64,000 bases of DNA, taken from contig MU619246.1 in the NCBI GenBank assembly GCA_025201805.1, positions 113,627-177,626 of the forward strand. Direction: 5' to 3'. Below the pieces are notes generated by a model. That model saw only the letters and a list, made by a program, of their open reading frames with translations. It ran no database searches and was not told the origin of the DNA. This document shows, in pieces, positions 1-13,868 of the stretch. The stretch is from Parasitella parasitica NRRL 2501. Taxonomy: Eukaryota > Fungi > Mucoromycota. Position 1 is the stretch's first letter. Every line of letters starts with the position of its first letter. Made by a program: the position numbers and the translations under genes.

Positions 1-608
1 AGAATCGAAGAGAGGTTGGTGTAGTCCCTTCGATGATGTCGTATTTTTTTGTCATATCAGTAGACCATAGCGAAGCATGTATGATATAAAAAGGGCATTC
101 AATTAGGCTACAAGATTCCACAAAAGTCAGTATAAATATGTACAGTTATCTATGACAGCACCTACTCTTGCATGGATTTGTAAGTATCATCTACTACTGC
201 AAGTCGGACAATAGGTGCAGGATCAATTGGTCGTCTGTCTTTTTCGCCATAGCCTGACATGCGACACTGCTGAGGCTGTTCAACAATATCCAGTCTATAT
301 GTACTACGATGCAAAAATCAATAACTCTCTACTTTTATATCTCAAGTCATGTTTCTTTACGTCTTATCCTCAATTGAGGTTTACTTTCTATCAGGTTTAG
401 AATGGCCGTGATCCGACATCATTTTCTTCAAATTTTCATTGTTCATATTGAATAATTCGCTTTGGTGATTTTTAAAAGAGAGCTTTGCCGATAGATCGGT
501 ATGGGGTTCCAAAAATGTAACTGCAGGTTGTTGAGTTTGTGTGTCTGCAGTGAGCGGCTCGTCGTAGCTGATCAAGTTGGTAAATAGATCATCCCCTTCA
601 GGTGTCAT
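1..608 (-). CDS. Velvet-domain transcription factor (VelB/VosA-like), 5' part; runs off the window start
   Basis: Exon ~385-608 (MTPEGDDLF...DR, GTAAAC donor). Exon near 165-302 reads TYRLDIVEQPQQCRMSGYGEKDRRPIDPAPIVRL, the hallmark velvet N-terminal motif. Exon 1-107 reads LIECPFYIIHASLWSTD. Confidence 0.85.
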
Positions 609-1001
609 TGTCCAACAAAAAGAAAAAAACAAAGCAAAGGCGAATGTATTGAGAAAAAGCAAAAGCAGTGGAACCATAAAAAAATAAAAAAAAAAAACCT
701 CATTTATATAAAGTAGTTAGAATTGCATTCGTTTAAAACTAAGACGAATAACACAGGAAATCGCAGATCTACAAGTGATTCAATGATTCGAAAAATGAAA
801 TCACTTTCCAAAATAAGGGCGCATCATGTATAAACCAGGCTAACTCCGCGTACTCGTTTTGCTTGGAGTATAGTATATGGCTGAAAATAAAGAAATCGTT
901 TGAATTGCAACTATCATTCAAATTGCTAGAAGGAACCTGTCAATATGTCGGCTTTTTTATTTATTTATCCCGGAAACAGAAAGCATCTAACTAAAATTGA
1001 A

Positions 1002-1435
1002 ATGGATTATAAAAATCAACAGCAACAAGGTGGGTACTACCAAGAAGCCAAGACCCTCCTCCTCCTCCGCCCCAGAATGTCTATTATTATCAACAGCAAC
1101 AAAATCAAGGTAGTTGGAATTATCTGATTCGATTGTGACACTATGTATGGATCGTGCACTCCTTAAAACATGTATACGTAATTAATAAATTATTATCAGC
1201 CTCAATAACCAATGTACAGCAATCAACCACCACAACAGCCAACAGCAGCAACAGCAGCAACAGCAGCAACAACAGCAACAACAGCAGAATTCCAGACGTT
1301 GCATGGGCACCTGTTTGACATGGTAAGGTGTATTGCTGACTGGTTGTGTGTAGTCTGTATTGATGTGATTGATATAGCAACTCTGGTGTGCTTTGCTGCT
1401 GCTTGGCACAAGAGTGCTGCTCTATGCTTGTTTAA
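1002..1435 (+). pseudogene. CYSTM (cysteine-rich tail-anchored, Q/P/Y-rich) gene with disablements
   Basis: Pieces MDYKNQQQQGGYYQ / QDPPPPPPQNVYYYQQQQNQ / YYQPQ*PMYSNQPPQQ / polyQ-NSRRCMGTCLTC / NSGVLCCCLAQECCSMLV*. Joining them needs two frameshifts, and there is an in-frame TAA at 1206-1208. Confidence 0.6.
1241..1287 (+). repeat. CAG/CAA microsatellite (polyQ tract of the CYSTM gene)
   Basis: Direct tandem CAG/CAA triplets. Confidence 0.9.
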
Positions 1436-3071
1436 TGACATTGTCACACTGCTGCATGCAAGGAAATGTCCAGCCTTTCAAAAAATAAAACGATGCCATC
1501 ATACTATGATGGTATGATTTTTTTTTCCCGATGCTTTTGTTCAAGTGTTACTTAATTATGGACATTTAATGATAAAATGTAAAGTTGCACAATAACTATA
1601 ATAATCTCCAGTATGTCATCTTCGTTGTCGGCAATCTATTTCCTCGTTTATGACATCGCAAAATATACATTGCATGCCCTGAAAAATTAAGGAGGTTGCC
1701 CGTCATATCACCATCTTTGCACCACGCCCCTCCCCCCTCTTTGAGTTTTACTTTATGCAGTATGAAACAGCGTTCAAAAATACACTAAATATTGAGATTC
1801 AAAAATAACGTTCTTTTGTTTTTGTAACTGCAGGCACTTAGATAACTCTAATAGTCGAACACATTAGACTTCTTGGACATACAGCTAAATAACCTGCAAA
1901 TAATGATTGTCAGCAAAAAATGCATACATGAACAAGGGCTTTGATGATGCATGGGTATAAAGTTTTCTAATTGAAAATGCAAACAAGATGACTCTCTATG
2001 TATAATTCGTGGGCTTTTTGGCCAATTCAAGTGTTCAGAATCACTCTAAATGGTTCCCCAGACCCTTTCAGTAACTACTTATGCGTTTGCATCGAAAAGA
2101 ATTGTCAATATCAAATTGGTCGATTTTCTGCATGTTCATAAGCGCTTGTAGTGTTATTAGTCGGAAATGATCCATGTTTCATACTAAATTACCATTTTGG
2201 ATATTTGTTGATGCAAAACAAATTTTCGCGTTTTTTTACATTTGTAGATTACTCTATTTTGGAACTTTGAAACAGCTTGAAAATCTCACATGAGATGTAC
2301 AATTATCGATAAAACAGCTTAAACCTTAATGACTATTATCCAGTTTTGTTATCTGGACAGTTGATCGATTGGCAAGAAAACGTGTCGGCTTCTGAATGCT
2401 GTTTGCACCAGCAGCATGCGGCAGCTGCAGCTGTTCAACGCACGATAATAGTTAAAAAAAAAAAAAGGCTCTTACAAAAGATTAGCAGATGAAAACTTTT
2501 CATATTGAAGTGCCTCCAAAAACAAACTTTATATTATTTAAGTTACATGTAAGGTCCTCCTCTCCTTCATCAGCGCTTAATGAAAATGCTATGACCCATT
2601 TAAAACATCTGACCTGTCAAGCCTTATATTAAAGTCTTTGCCCAATCACAATGATATACCCGACGCAAAACACATGAAAGATTGTTTTATGCAAGTTCTT
2701 GTATTTCAATGATTACTTGAACCCTTGGATGCAATAAAAACAAGAAAGCATTTGTTACTCCATCATAACTTGCTGCGCAATCCTTTCAAAAGTCCCTTGG
2801 TTACCCTTAACAAGATGATACTGAGTTTTAGAGCTGATTGCGTAGCCTCAGATGTGTAATTGGATAGTATTTCTTTCTTTACTGTTGTTGCTAATGTTAA
2901 GCGCAAACTATTTCGAATAAAAAAGATAGAATTACTCTTGGCGGGAACGAAAAATAAACAGAGTTACAGATGCCAATAGTATATTTAAGTGAGGCAGCAA
3001 AATATAAGAACAAAAATATTACATTATATGTACAACAATGGGATTTTCTTTTCGAGAAACAAAAACACTAG

Positions 3072-4469
3072 CTAGAGCAGAGCTCCATAAGCAAATCTTC
3101 TGCGAGAACCAGTATCTATATTGAAATCTAAAATGGCATTTTCAAGGCCTGCATTCATGTTAACATTACATGCGTTATTGTTGATAGAAATCACTTACCA
3201 ACAAACATCTTCTGGCTATCATTTGAAAATGTCAAACCAGTAATTGGAGTATCATGACCAACAGGGCCAACTCTCAATGTTTGTTGACCATCGAATGTAC
3301 GAGCATCAACAATATGTATATGGGATACATGTTCAGTGAATGCCAATAGATCAACAGCGCCAGTTTGAGTAAATTTAACACATCTTGCAGCACCTTTCGT
3401 GATGGAAGGGTGAAGTCCTGCAAATCTTGCTAATGGATTACGGCTTCTAATATCCCAAACATGAACAGAGCCATCTTGACTTGATACAGCAAATTTTTCA
3501 GAAGAGTGATTCCACGCAACGGAGAAATTAGCGTCTCGAGAAACGGCCATGGTCGTCGCTAATTCATAATGTCCAGAGCTTGTGATGTTGAATAACTGGA
3601 CACGATTGTCGTCACCTACTGTAATCATTTTTTTTCCATCTGGGCTGACAGAAGTGTGATTGACAGCAGTTCTGAAATCAAGCGTATCGATCAACTCTAA
3701 ATCTGGTACAGTGAATACTCGAATAGAGGCATCGTTGTTGGAGACAAGTAATCTGATTTCGCCATTCAAGTATGAAAAGCTTAATCCATTGTTAATTGTG
3801 CAACCGGGAGAAGTTGTGATGCTCCTATTCACTGTTACTACCGTACTGCGTGTATATAAACCCATGAATACTTACACTTGATAATCACTGCTTGTGTCCT
3901 TTAATGTCAAATCTCCTCGTTGTCCACCTGCTGCCCAATACCCATATCTTCACATGCATAAAAACCCATCAGTGATCGGGTCAAAATTACTCGATAAGAT
4001 AAAACACTCACCCTGAAGCCATGCAAGTTGGTGGATACCCAATGTCCTTTAGCAAATAGCTCTTTTGTCCAGTTTTATAGTTGTACTACAGCGCAAACAA
4101 AGAAAATGTGTTGGTGTAACTCTTTCAAAACTATCAAAAAAAAAAAAAAAAAAAAAAACAAATGATATGGCCATACTCTAAAAATATCCTGCCCAGTTGG
4201 GATGATTAATTGGTTTTTGTGGTGGTCATCATCTGTCAATAGCAAGTCTCTCAATTGCCTGGATGAAAATCTGGTAAGATGATCTGCAGCTTATTTGTTT
4301 ATTTATTTGCTGTCTCTTACCAATGGTGGATTGTCACTTTCTGATCATGCACTGTAGGCTTGGGTTGAACGTACATGTTTGTATCGCTATCAAGACCGTC
4401 ACTCTGCTGCTGTAATTGCATTGTCATCCTTTCTTACCTTGATACGCAAGATGTATCAATAATCGTCAT
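3072..4469 (-). CDS. WD40 protein, DUF2415 / Gid11 (YLR149C)-like, multi-exon
   Basis: Reconstructed N-terminus MTIIDTSCVSSDTNMYVQPKPTVHDQKVTIHHWQLRDLL (HWQLRD motif). Main exon 3191-3865 has WD repeats and LLAFTEH..HIVDAR. Last exon ends GSRRRFAYGALL* (TAG 3072-3074). Confidence 0.75.
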
Positions 4470-4488
4470 CGTGTGTATAATGTCTGTC

Positions 4489-4532
<44 letters not shown>

Positions 4533-5314
4533 ATGCGTTGCATAATAAGGGTTTCACTTTAGAGGGAGCGAGACAGTTCTAGCTACTTTCTGATTCACCG
4601 CATAAAGAAAAAGTGACGCAATTCTAGTTTTCCATTATAATTGTTCGAGTTGTAAAGGTGATCTTTTGCAAACATCAGAAGTCGATATACGTAATGTAAC
4701 AACCAGATTATATCGCTGCAAAAAAACCAAATAATATTCAATCTCAAGTAAATGAAAGCAAAATTCGACATGTTAAACGAAAAAGTCATCAGACACCAAG
4801 AGGATTAGTGCCTCATGGATGAAGGCGCTTGGATAGTTTGACATCCGAGATGCTGGGAATGGCTCTCCAGACTCGTACCCTGATTCATCATTGAAACCCA
4901 TCAGGAAATGTCTTTTCCTTGATATTTTCAGCATGCATTATAGTTTATTCAAAGTGGGGGGGGGGGTTTTTAGCATATGTGTATAATTGTATTTTTTTTC
5001 TTGGTATTTCTGGTTAATTACTTTGTTTACTGTACAGAAAGTTCCACCGTAACCTTGAATTGACACTTTACGCAGACACAGACATTTTTAAAATACAAAT
5101 GTGATATTCTTAATAATGATGAAATCGGCCTTGTATAGACACTACATAAATATACAATTATCCATCGAACAAAGCCCTTGATAAGCTCTTGGTTACTCAC
5201 ACCACATCACCGCCTTGACATTGCTGCTCTTGAATGAAACAAGTCGCGAGTAAAAAAAACTCGGGTTTTGGGACGCGATCTCAGCCTTTCTTCGTTATTT
5301 CCAAAAATTTAAGC

Positions 5315-6788
5315 ATGTTGTCTTCATTTCCTTCAGGTGCTAAAAGAAAACATGAAATAAAAGAGGTCGATTGCAATGGAAAAGTGGCCATAAGTACGTA
5401 CAAAGCACTGAAATTGCGTTCTGTGCAGCATCCTCGCACATTTGGTAGAGATTCATTAGGTTTGTGCCATTTCAGATGTTCATGGTTAGCAACACTAATT
5501 AGTAAACAGTACCTGCAAGGTCTATTTTACCCAGATTCAAAAGCCCAAATAGCATGGTATATCAGTTTGTATTTCCTGACAGTGAATTATGCACACCTTT
5601 TACCGTGGACTATTGCCATAATATGCATGAGGGTCATATGCTGGCTGTAGGCGATGAAGATGGACGGATCACTCTCTTACGCACTGACAAAAACAACAAT
5701 GCCGATAATGCAGATTACCACCACTCTTTTTACTGCCATAAGCATTCCATTGTCGATGTAAAATGGAGCCAAGATGACACCATGTTGTTGACAGCAGCGA
5801 CGGATCGGTTAGTAAGATTATGGGATACAGAGGTGCAAACATCTTTAGCAGAATTTCCGGGACATGAAGATGCTGTGAAAACAGTGAATTGGCACCCTAA
5901 CAACGAACGTAAGTCTTGACAGATCTTTTTATATAATAGCAATATAATAAATTGCGTATTAGATCTGATTGTCACTGGCTCGAAAGACGGTTCGTTTAGA
6001 ATTTGGGATACTAGGTATAACCAACGGGCTACAACAAATTCTAGTAAGTATAATTGGCACATGTGTATAGGACAAAGGATTGACACTGTCAATAGCCGAT
6101 TCGTCTACCATACCTGTATATAATCCAATCAAAGTTGCCCCTGATGCGCATAACACATCTGTACCTCGAGGCGGAAGGAAAACAGGGCCCCAACCGCAGC
6201 GTATTCGGTCGGTTACTTGTGCCATGTTTCTCAAAAACGACGAAAATAAGATTGTGTCGAGTGGAAGCACAGATGGGACAATCAAACTGTGGGACATTCG
6301 ACAAGGAAGAGGACCATCAATGATAGCATCGACGACATTTGCAACAGAAGCTGGGATTACCAAAGGGATTTCGGATATGAAAATTGACAGTTCAGGGCAA
6401 CGATTATTTAGCAGCTGTTCGGATAACAGTGTCTATATGCATTATTTGGCAGATCTATCGAAACCTGCACTTAGGTTTTCCGATCCTGATTATAAAATCA
6501 ACAGCTTCGATATTCGGATTTCCCTTTCTCCAGACGATCGCTTTTTATTATCAGGCTCCTCTGATATGAATATTTTTGCTTGGGAGGTGGATCACCCTAA
6601 CGCAAAAGCCCAAAAGTTTGAAGGGCACACAAACAAGGTAACAGGTGTATCTTGGAATAAAACATCCGTATTCCAGGTAAGTCATCTAATCGCTTATCAT
6701 CAATCGAATGTTTGTATCAATATATTCCATTTAGTTTGCTAGTTGTTCTGAGGATTTCAATACTAGAATTTGGAGCTTCGAATACTGA
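5315..6788 (+). CDS. cdt2: WD40 protein Cdt2/DTL (denticleless), CRL4 substrate receptor
   Basis: LAVGDEDG, H..SIVDVKWS, VTGSKDG..IWDTR, SSGSTDGTIKLWDIR and ISLSPDDRFLLSGSSD motifs across ORFs 5554-5919 and 6080-6742. Ends IWSFEY*. Confidence 0.75.
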
Positions 6789-6929
6789 AAGGACGTCTGT
6801 GCGTTGCATGTATATATGTATATGTTAATACATTTATTACTTTTTATTATACCCCATCTTCAATAAATTAATGAACAAAGCTTTCTTTTTATATATTCGT
6901 CAGTGAAAATTGTACATGTAGACAAATTT

Positions 6930-8781
6930 TTATTTATTAGATTTGATATGCTTTACTGGACACACCAATGCTGATGATTCTGCATCATTATAATGTGCAG
7001 ACAAGCAAGAATCTACTTGGTCCTCCTCATCGATTCTGACAATTTTTCTTTTCACCATAAATGCTGCTAAACATGAACAACTTGCAACGGCAGAACACAC
7101 AAAAAACGTGAGATTCGGCATCGTTAGAACCGACGAACTGTAAATAAAGTTGATTCCCAGGTGAGAAATAATCACTACTCAGTAATTCATATCAATGCAT
7201 GTGTAATTAGATACTGCATATTCCAAACAAAAAAAGAAAAAAAAAACTGGCCTAAAAAACTTACTTGCAATCGAATCCAAAATTGCGACAGCGCCCAAAA
7301 GTTCTCCCACTTGAGTTTGTTTCACACAAGTTGTCAATAGACCACGGATTGATGGTTGTGCCAACATGGAAACACTCTGTAACATGCCTGCTGCGGTAAA
7401 TAAAACTACGCTGGAAGCTAATCCTGCTAATGCTAAACACACAGCATCCATCCCAATACCAATTCGCACCATCCAAATGTCAAATAATGTCGAGTTGTTT
7501 ACTATTTTTTCTTGATCCGCAGGTGTAACGTGTGCTTTTGGACACTTCTTTTTGAATAGTCTGGAAAGTAACGGTAAAACACCAATCATCATTGTTAGCT
7601 TCAATAATGATGTACATGTGTAGTATAAACTGCCTTCGTATGCAGTCCATTTAAATTTAAGCATAGCATATAATAAAGTGGGAGGACGTTTGACAAGCGT
7701 TAAAAGAAATTCGGCGAGTGCAATGCAAGGTAAAGCATAGCGCGTCAAGTGGATAGGTGGTTCTCTAAAGAGAATTTGGAGTGCAGAGAATATGTTGAGA
7801 GAGCTGCATACTCCAATTGCTTTTCTATTTGGTCTCGTTTCGTGCTGGTTCCTGTCCATGAACTGGTTTGACTCCGGCAATAGAAAGGTGGTGTACAAGA
7901 CATTGATAACGTCAACTATGAATGCAATGTAGAAGACATGGACGACGCTGCCTGTATGTTTAAGAACTAAACTGCTAAAAAATGGACCAATTGCAGAACC
8001 AATGAACAAACTTGCCATTAATCTAGCGAATATGACAGTTCTAAAGGCACTCTGTTAGTAAATGTGACCAAAATAGATTGTACTTCCTCACCTAGAATCG
8101 GATGATGTACAATCGGCGATGTACGCCTGAACAGCAGCCATCAAAACACTCTCACCAGCCATCATACCACGAATTAATGGCCCCAAGAATAATAGCACAA
8201 TACCGATTGAGTCATAATATTTTGCTGTAAGTATATCGCAGGAGACGTATATCAAGCTTCCAATTGTTGATATACGCAAGATCAAAGAGCGACCCTTACG
8301 ATCAGATAGTCGTCCATAGAAACCAGCGCCTAATAAAGCTATCATAAAAAACACTTCAACAACTGCAATAATTCTAACATGCCTAACACTACTATACTTG
8401 ATGCGTATGTTAGAAACATAATAACAGCTTGAGCTTTGGAGACCATCTTCTGGACGGGTGGAATAGCACAGTCTTTGAAGGGTATAATAGTATTATCAAT
8501 GTCGTTCTGTGTTTTATAATATCTATAAAAATTAATGAGAATTCCATGTATTTCTAGTATCCATGTCTAGTTAATACATGTTACAAAACACTTCTGTGTA
8601 AAACTGTACATGAGGTGCAAACAGAGCTCTGCATTATTTTCGGTTAGAGTTTAGAATCTTGTTGCCAAAACACTTCTTACCCTCCCGAGAATGCAACTAG
8701 AAACATGGGAAATATAGCATGCCATGAAGACGGCATCTCTTTTTTGGCTCTAGTCGCAACTAAAGGTGTACTTTCGTCCAT
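6930..8781 (-). CDS. MFS transporter (SLC46/TetA-like, 12-TM), multi-exon
   Basis: MFS motif A GRLSDRKGRS, QAYIAD, hydrophobic helices, N-terminal MDESTPL. Confidence 0.85.
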
Positions 8782-8993
8782 TAATGCAAATTTTGTTGAC
8801 AGTGCACGAAAGAGCACTGAATTATTGATACCTGATCAAGGGTGTACCGTATATTAAAGCGACTGTCTTTTCCTTAAACCACATTTGGCAAAAATCAATT
8901 CGTAAAGTTTAGGCACTTGACATCATGCAGCACTACATTATTTATATCATATACAATCACCTGCTGTGATCATTTTCAAGATCTGGCATAACA

Positions 8994-9745
8994 GTATACT
9001 TTTGGTATCAAAAACACTTACTTTATAGAGCTATGTCATGTACTAGAATTGATATTGACGTGATATCATCTCCAGATAGATATTTTTTACAGCTTAAAAG
9101 CAAGAACATTAGCTTCGTGTGCCATTTTTTGATTGATTCTGATTATCAAAAGTGCCCTGAAAACACCAGAAATAGTATCCATTGGGAAAAAACTATATTA
9201 TATATGATTTTGGTGCAATTTGAGCATGATTTTTTTTTCGATGCAAAATGCCGGATTTTTTCAATTTTTTCCTTGTATCCACACATCCAAAATCATCAAA
9301 TGTGCATTATTCTCGATTTTGACCCCAAAAATGCAACTTTTTACTATAGCATATATTGGAGGAAAATGATCGCAAAAGACCATTCCTTGATCTGAAAGAC
9401 TGGAAATGCGCTCTGATTAAGCAAAATATTGACTTTTCTCTCTTAATCTGTTTTTGAGGTTTTTCGGCAGATTTCCTTCCATAATCATACTGGGATTATG
9501 AAAATGAGACCATCGCGTAGAGCGCCCAAAAATACAGCTATTACCATAGATTGACAGCCGTGGTATGCATAGTATCAGAGGATGATATCTTACCTCAAAG
9601 GAGTAACTTTGATTTCTTTTTGTCCAAATGGAGTTTCTGAAAGAAGTTTTCCTTCCTGATTTTGGACGCGTTTAATCTCCGCTATCAAAGGAAAAAATGA
9701 TGTTCTATTGAAGAGGGCATTCGCTTTAAAAAGTCTTGGCTTACC
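8994..9745. repeat. Dispersed ~750-bp non-coding repeat, copy 1 (probable non-autonomous transposon)
   Basis: Collinear with 39320-40070. One identical block, GAGGAAAATGATCGCAAAAGACC...AATATTGACTTTT, lies at ~9359-9437 and ~39684-39761. Confidence 0.9.
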
Positions 9746-10705
9746 TAATTCAAGACAAAAACTATTAAAGCCTTGTATATATTAATGATGTGTTTCTTGT
9801 CTTTCCTATGGTAGTACTTGCATGTCTGTACCTGGCTTAACAATCTCACGCTCCGATTTTGAAAAATACTTTTCCGAAAAAAGTCAGAAAAGTCGTTACC
9901 TTCATCTGATTTCAACTCAAAGAGAATAAAGACTTGCTCTAAGCTATGCAAATATGTAATCAAAAGGTGCCTTATAGTCTTATGCATTACTTTGAATCAC
10001 GTTTCTTTGTGTTTGAAATCGCTAAGCACTGTTTTCTTACAGTTTTTGTCTTTTTTTCTGACAATAACACACTGAAGTTTGCGTAAAAAAAAAAAAAAAA
10101 AAAAAAAAAATCAGGCGTCTAAAATCTACGTCCCTGGCTTTGCAAAGACATACACTTTCGAGCCATTCCAATATTTATGGAAGAGACGGCACAGGTCTGA
10201 CTAGCTGCTCTACTGTGCAACTGGATATACAGAATCTAACTTGGTACTTGTCTGACAAGAGACCTTTTACACTAGAAGACGCCAGATCAACTGAAGGTAT
10301 AACAAAGTGCCAGAGAATAAAGGAAACAATCTGCCATCAGAATAACACACCCATTCATAAAAAATTATCTGTATAGAAATTTATGAAGTCCCAAGGACAT
10401 AAATGTGTTTATCTGCAACCTTGCTCTCCGTTCCTGAAGCCAATTAAGGTTTTTGATCCAAAGTCAACAGACACACTTTATATGAAGCTAGCAGTATTTT
10501 TGTCTTAAGATTTTTAGCCTACGAGAGAGGTGGTTTGGAGCCTGTATATTGGCAGATTTGAATAAAATACGTGGCGTCCCAATCTTTTATGTATACAGTA
10601 GATTTGAATATAAAGAGAGAAAAGAGTTGGGTAATAAACATCCCATAGAGGAAAAACAAGTAAGAAAGTGCATGATATATATAGAATATGGTAGACAAAA
10701 TAAAT

Positions 10706-13700
10706 CTAAACATGGTATCTGAATGGAGAGAGATCAAATGCTGCTGCGTGGTCATGAACGTTGCTTAGTCGTACAGAAGAACCATCTATTGTGCTTTGTC
10801 GACTTTGAATAGAATCCAAGGTAATAATAGGCTCCTTCTTCTCAGCTTTATGACGGGCAGCAGGGCTAAGATCTGTGGATGGTTTAGGAATACCCATTTC
10901 ATCTGCCTTTGTTATAGCTAAATTAACACGCAGGGCTAGTCTATATTCAAAATCGTATTTGCTAAATTTGAGAGCGGATTCCCAGAAAGATCGGCTGCGA
11001 GTTTTGTTGTCCATTCCCCAAGCCGTAACACCAGCTTCCCAGTAAGCAAATGGGACAATCCATTTATCCACTTCAATTTCGTCCTTGTGATCAATGATCC
11101 AATTTAAATGGATAATGGACTCTTTGAATCTGCCCAATGCGTTGAATAGGGACACCTTGATAAGCAACAGAGCACCACGTTGATCAAAATACTTGGGTAC
11201 CGGAGTCTCCGGTATCAATTCTTTGGTGCGAATGCCAAATTCAGTCTTTTCTGCTTCGATGATAGCATCCAAGGCTCGGTCCACATGGGATAATGACGCT
11301 TCAAGCAATTCAGTATCCATAAAGTCAAATCCAGCAAATAAGCATAGATATTCCAACGCGCAGAGTGACATATCCATATCTTGATAGCCGAATTCCTGAA
11401 ACGCAGTGACCTTGCGCAGTGCATATTTTTCTATGAGAGAAGTGCTGTGTGTCTTGGAGCCAGCCAGCTCGGGTACTTGAGCAAATGCGAGAATTGCTTC
11501 AGTACGTTGGCCTATCATATCTAAACAAGCACCTGTCAAATAACGGAATATAGCAGGTGACCAATATTTTTCCTTGTAAAGCATATCGAATACTTTGGCA
11601 GCCTCTTCCCAATTGTGTTCCATCATGTAATTGAAGCCAATTTCATAGTTGCATGCGTGCAAAACTTCAACTTCCGCCCATTCGTTCTTGCTGATTTCGA
11701 TCGCATATGTGAAGGATTGGGTTGAAAGTGTTATGTTACGAGCAAGTCGGGATGTGCGGCCAGCAAAATAAAGAAAGAAAGCGGAATTAGGGTATGTTCT
11801 TTGAGCATCAAGCAATGTCTAGTGTTATAAAGCTGTTTAGTTCTAATTTTTCAAGCCGTTTTTAATACATTTCTTACCTCAATGGCTGGTTGAGTATATT
11901 CATTGGATAATACCTGAGGGCATAAAGAAGTGAGGACAGTGTAGTATGCCAATAACCTGGTGAATCAGACTGTAAATATAGTTTAAAAGAATAAATGAGC
12001 GTTGGATGACTTACATAAGAGACGCCATTGGAGAACGAACCCTTCTTTCTTCCACGCACAATTTGAGCAACGCAAAGCCGAGATGTTTGTCTGCCTTCCA
12101 ACCAAAAGCAGATACAATCCGAAGCACTTTTTGGGGCAGAGTGGACAACACGAGATGCACAGCACCAATACTATAATTAACTGCAAGTCAATGCCACCAT
12201 CTCTATGTCTATGATCACTGCTTACCCAAACTGAATACCGGATATTGTGTCTCTATCCACAAACTCATGGTAAACTTGGCCCATACGCTTATATTCTTGC
12301 CACACCAGACTATAACTTGCATAGGCTATTAGGATATAAAAGGTTAGTCTCGGTCATTGTCCGTATTGCATTTTGCTGTCTGTTAAGTACCTCGTCGTAA
12401 ATTCATGCCACATTTGATATATCCCATCACATTTTCCTGAAGTAGCTGTAGAATCGCTATCTGAAGGCAGCATTCAGCTTTAGCTACGTGAGCACGCAAC
12501 ACGCCATTGGGGACAAATGTAACACCATCCCGCTGGATCGATTTCATTGTGGCTGGTTTAGGGCTCGCCGGTAAACCAGCTGATCCACGCGCAAATTTGA
12601 TGTAGTTGTAGTAGGAGCTCATTGCTTGATAGACTGAATTACCAACCGATTTATTAGTTGCCGCATCAATTTGCGCATTAGCGATACTGTAGGTTGTGGT
12701 CAAAACATCGATGGCATTGCTGGTCATGGATTCGTCTGTTGTCTATATCGAGTGTCAGTATGTTACATTACACGGACAGGACGTAAATAAACACGCAGCG
12801 TAGAGGAGGGAGAAAATTTGCATACCATAATCGCTGTTATTGACATTAGATTGGTACCATTGCTGAGAAAAAAAAATTACAATAAGCTTACCTTTTAAAA
12901 ATGCCATCGAGCCGAGGCCTAATGCGTGCAGCGGGTCACTGTAGAATACAAATTTTTCGTTAGGATATGTATGCAATGACTCTAGCGCAAAAGTCTCACG
13001 TTTCAGCTTTTTTTTCAAACAGCTGTTTTGCCTTCATGAATCGATTATTGAACAAATGACGAATAGCACGAAGCACTGGCTCATCTATCACGTATGTAAG
13101 CAGGCTAGTACACAGAGAAGCCTTTGCTGCATTGATAAACTAACCTTCTCTTTCTTGCTGTCTTGGAGATAGCGTGTTGGCCTTGATGTCCTTTATATCA
13201 ATCTTGTTGAGTGCAATTAAATTGGCACTGCAAGTCTCGATATCAGCCATGTCTTCACTTGGGCGCCCTCCAAACTCAAAGGTCTGTCCCTGAGGCGCAA
13301 CGCCTGGCGTAGGAGGGACGATATCATCATCCACTGTTGCGGACTCCACCACTGTAGTCAGCTTCTCTTCTTCTTGGCTGACATTAGTCGAAGTGGTTGA
13401 TGTTGCAATAGAATAGCCGTCGTCCACACTGGACCTACCGATGCTGTGAAGCTCCTCGTCTTCGGCTTCTTCCTCTTTTTGGTCTTGTTTCTTGTCTTCT
13501 TTTGCAAGCTGTGCCTTTTCACGATTTTGTTTAACAGTGGACTGAAGTGCGCTAATTACCAAACCCAATTCCTTGGAATCATTTCCCCCTTCATCGTCGC
13601 TAGTGTTTGTAGACGATTGCTCTCTGTCATAGTCATCCTGTTTGGTCTCCTCCTGCTTCTCCCCATCCACTTGTTCTTTTACTGCTTTTGCCCCTTTATC

Positions 13701-13868
13701 TTGTTCTAGCTGTTGCTCCTTAATAACAGCAACAGCGGACTCGGGTTTTGAAACATCCAGGTCTTCCACTTGGGTTTCCTTTGCAACAACAGCTTCCTCC
13801 TCATTTGTAGCTTGAACTTGAGCAATCATGGAGAGATCAGACTTATCTTTAGTGGAATCGATGGTCAT
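10706..13868 (-). CDS. Iml2/TTC39 family TPR protein with acidic N-terminal extension, multi-exon
   Basis: LRAHVAKAECCLQIAILQL...YIKCGMNLRR, YPNSAFFLYFAGR, WSPAIFRY and KYDFEYRL motifs. Confidence 0.85.

Noticed and set aside
1141-1447. Poly-Leu, poly-Cys and poly-Ala ORFs on several frames
   Set aside because: Alternative readings of the CAG/CAA microsatellite
9033-9395. 120-aa ORF inside the dispersed repeat
   Set aside because: Frame is not preserved in the second copy and no domain is recognised
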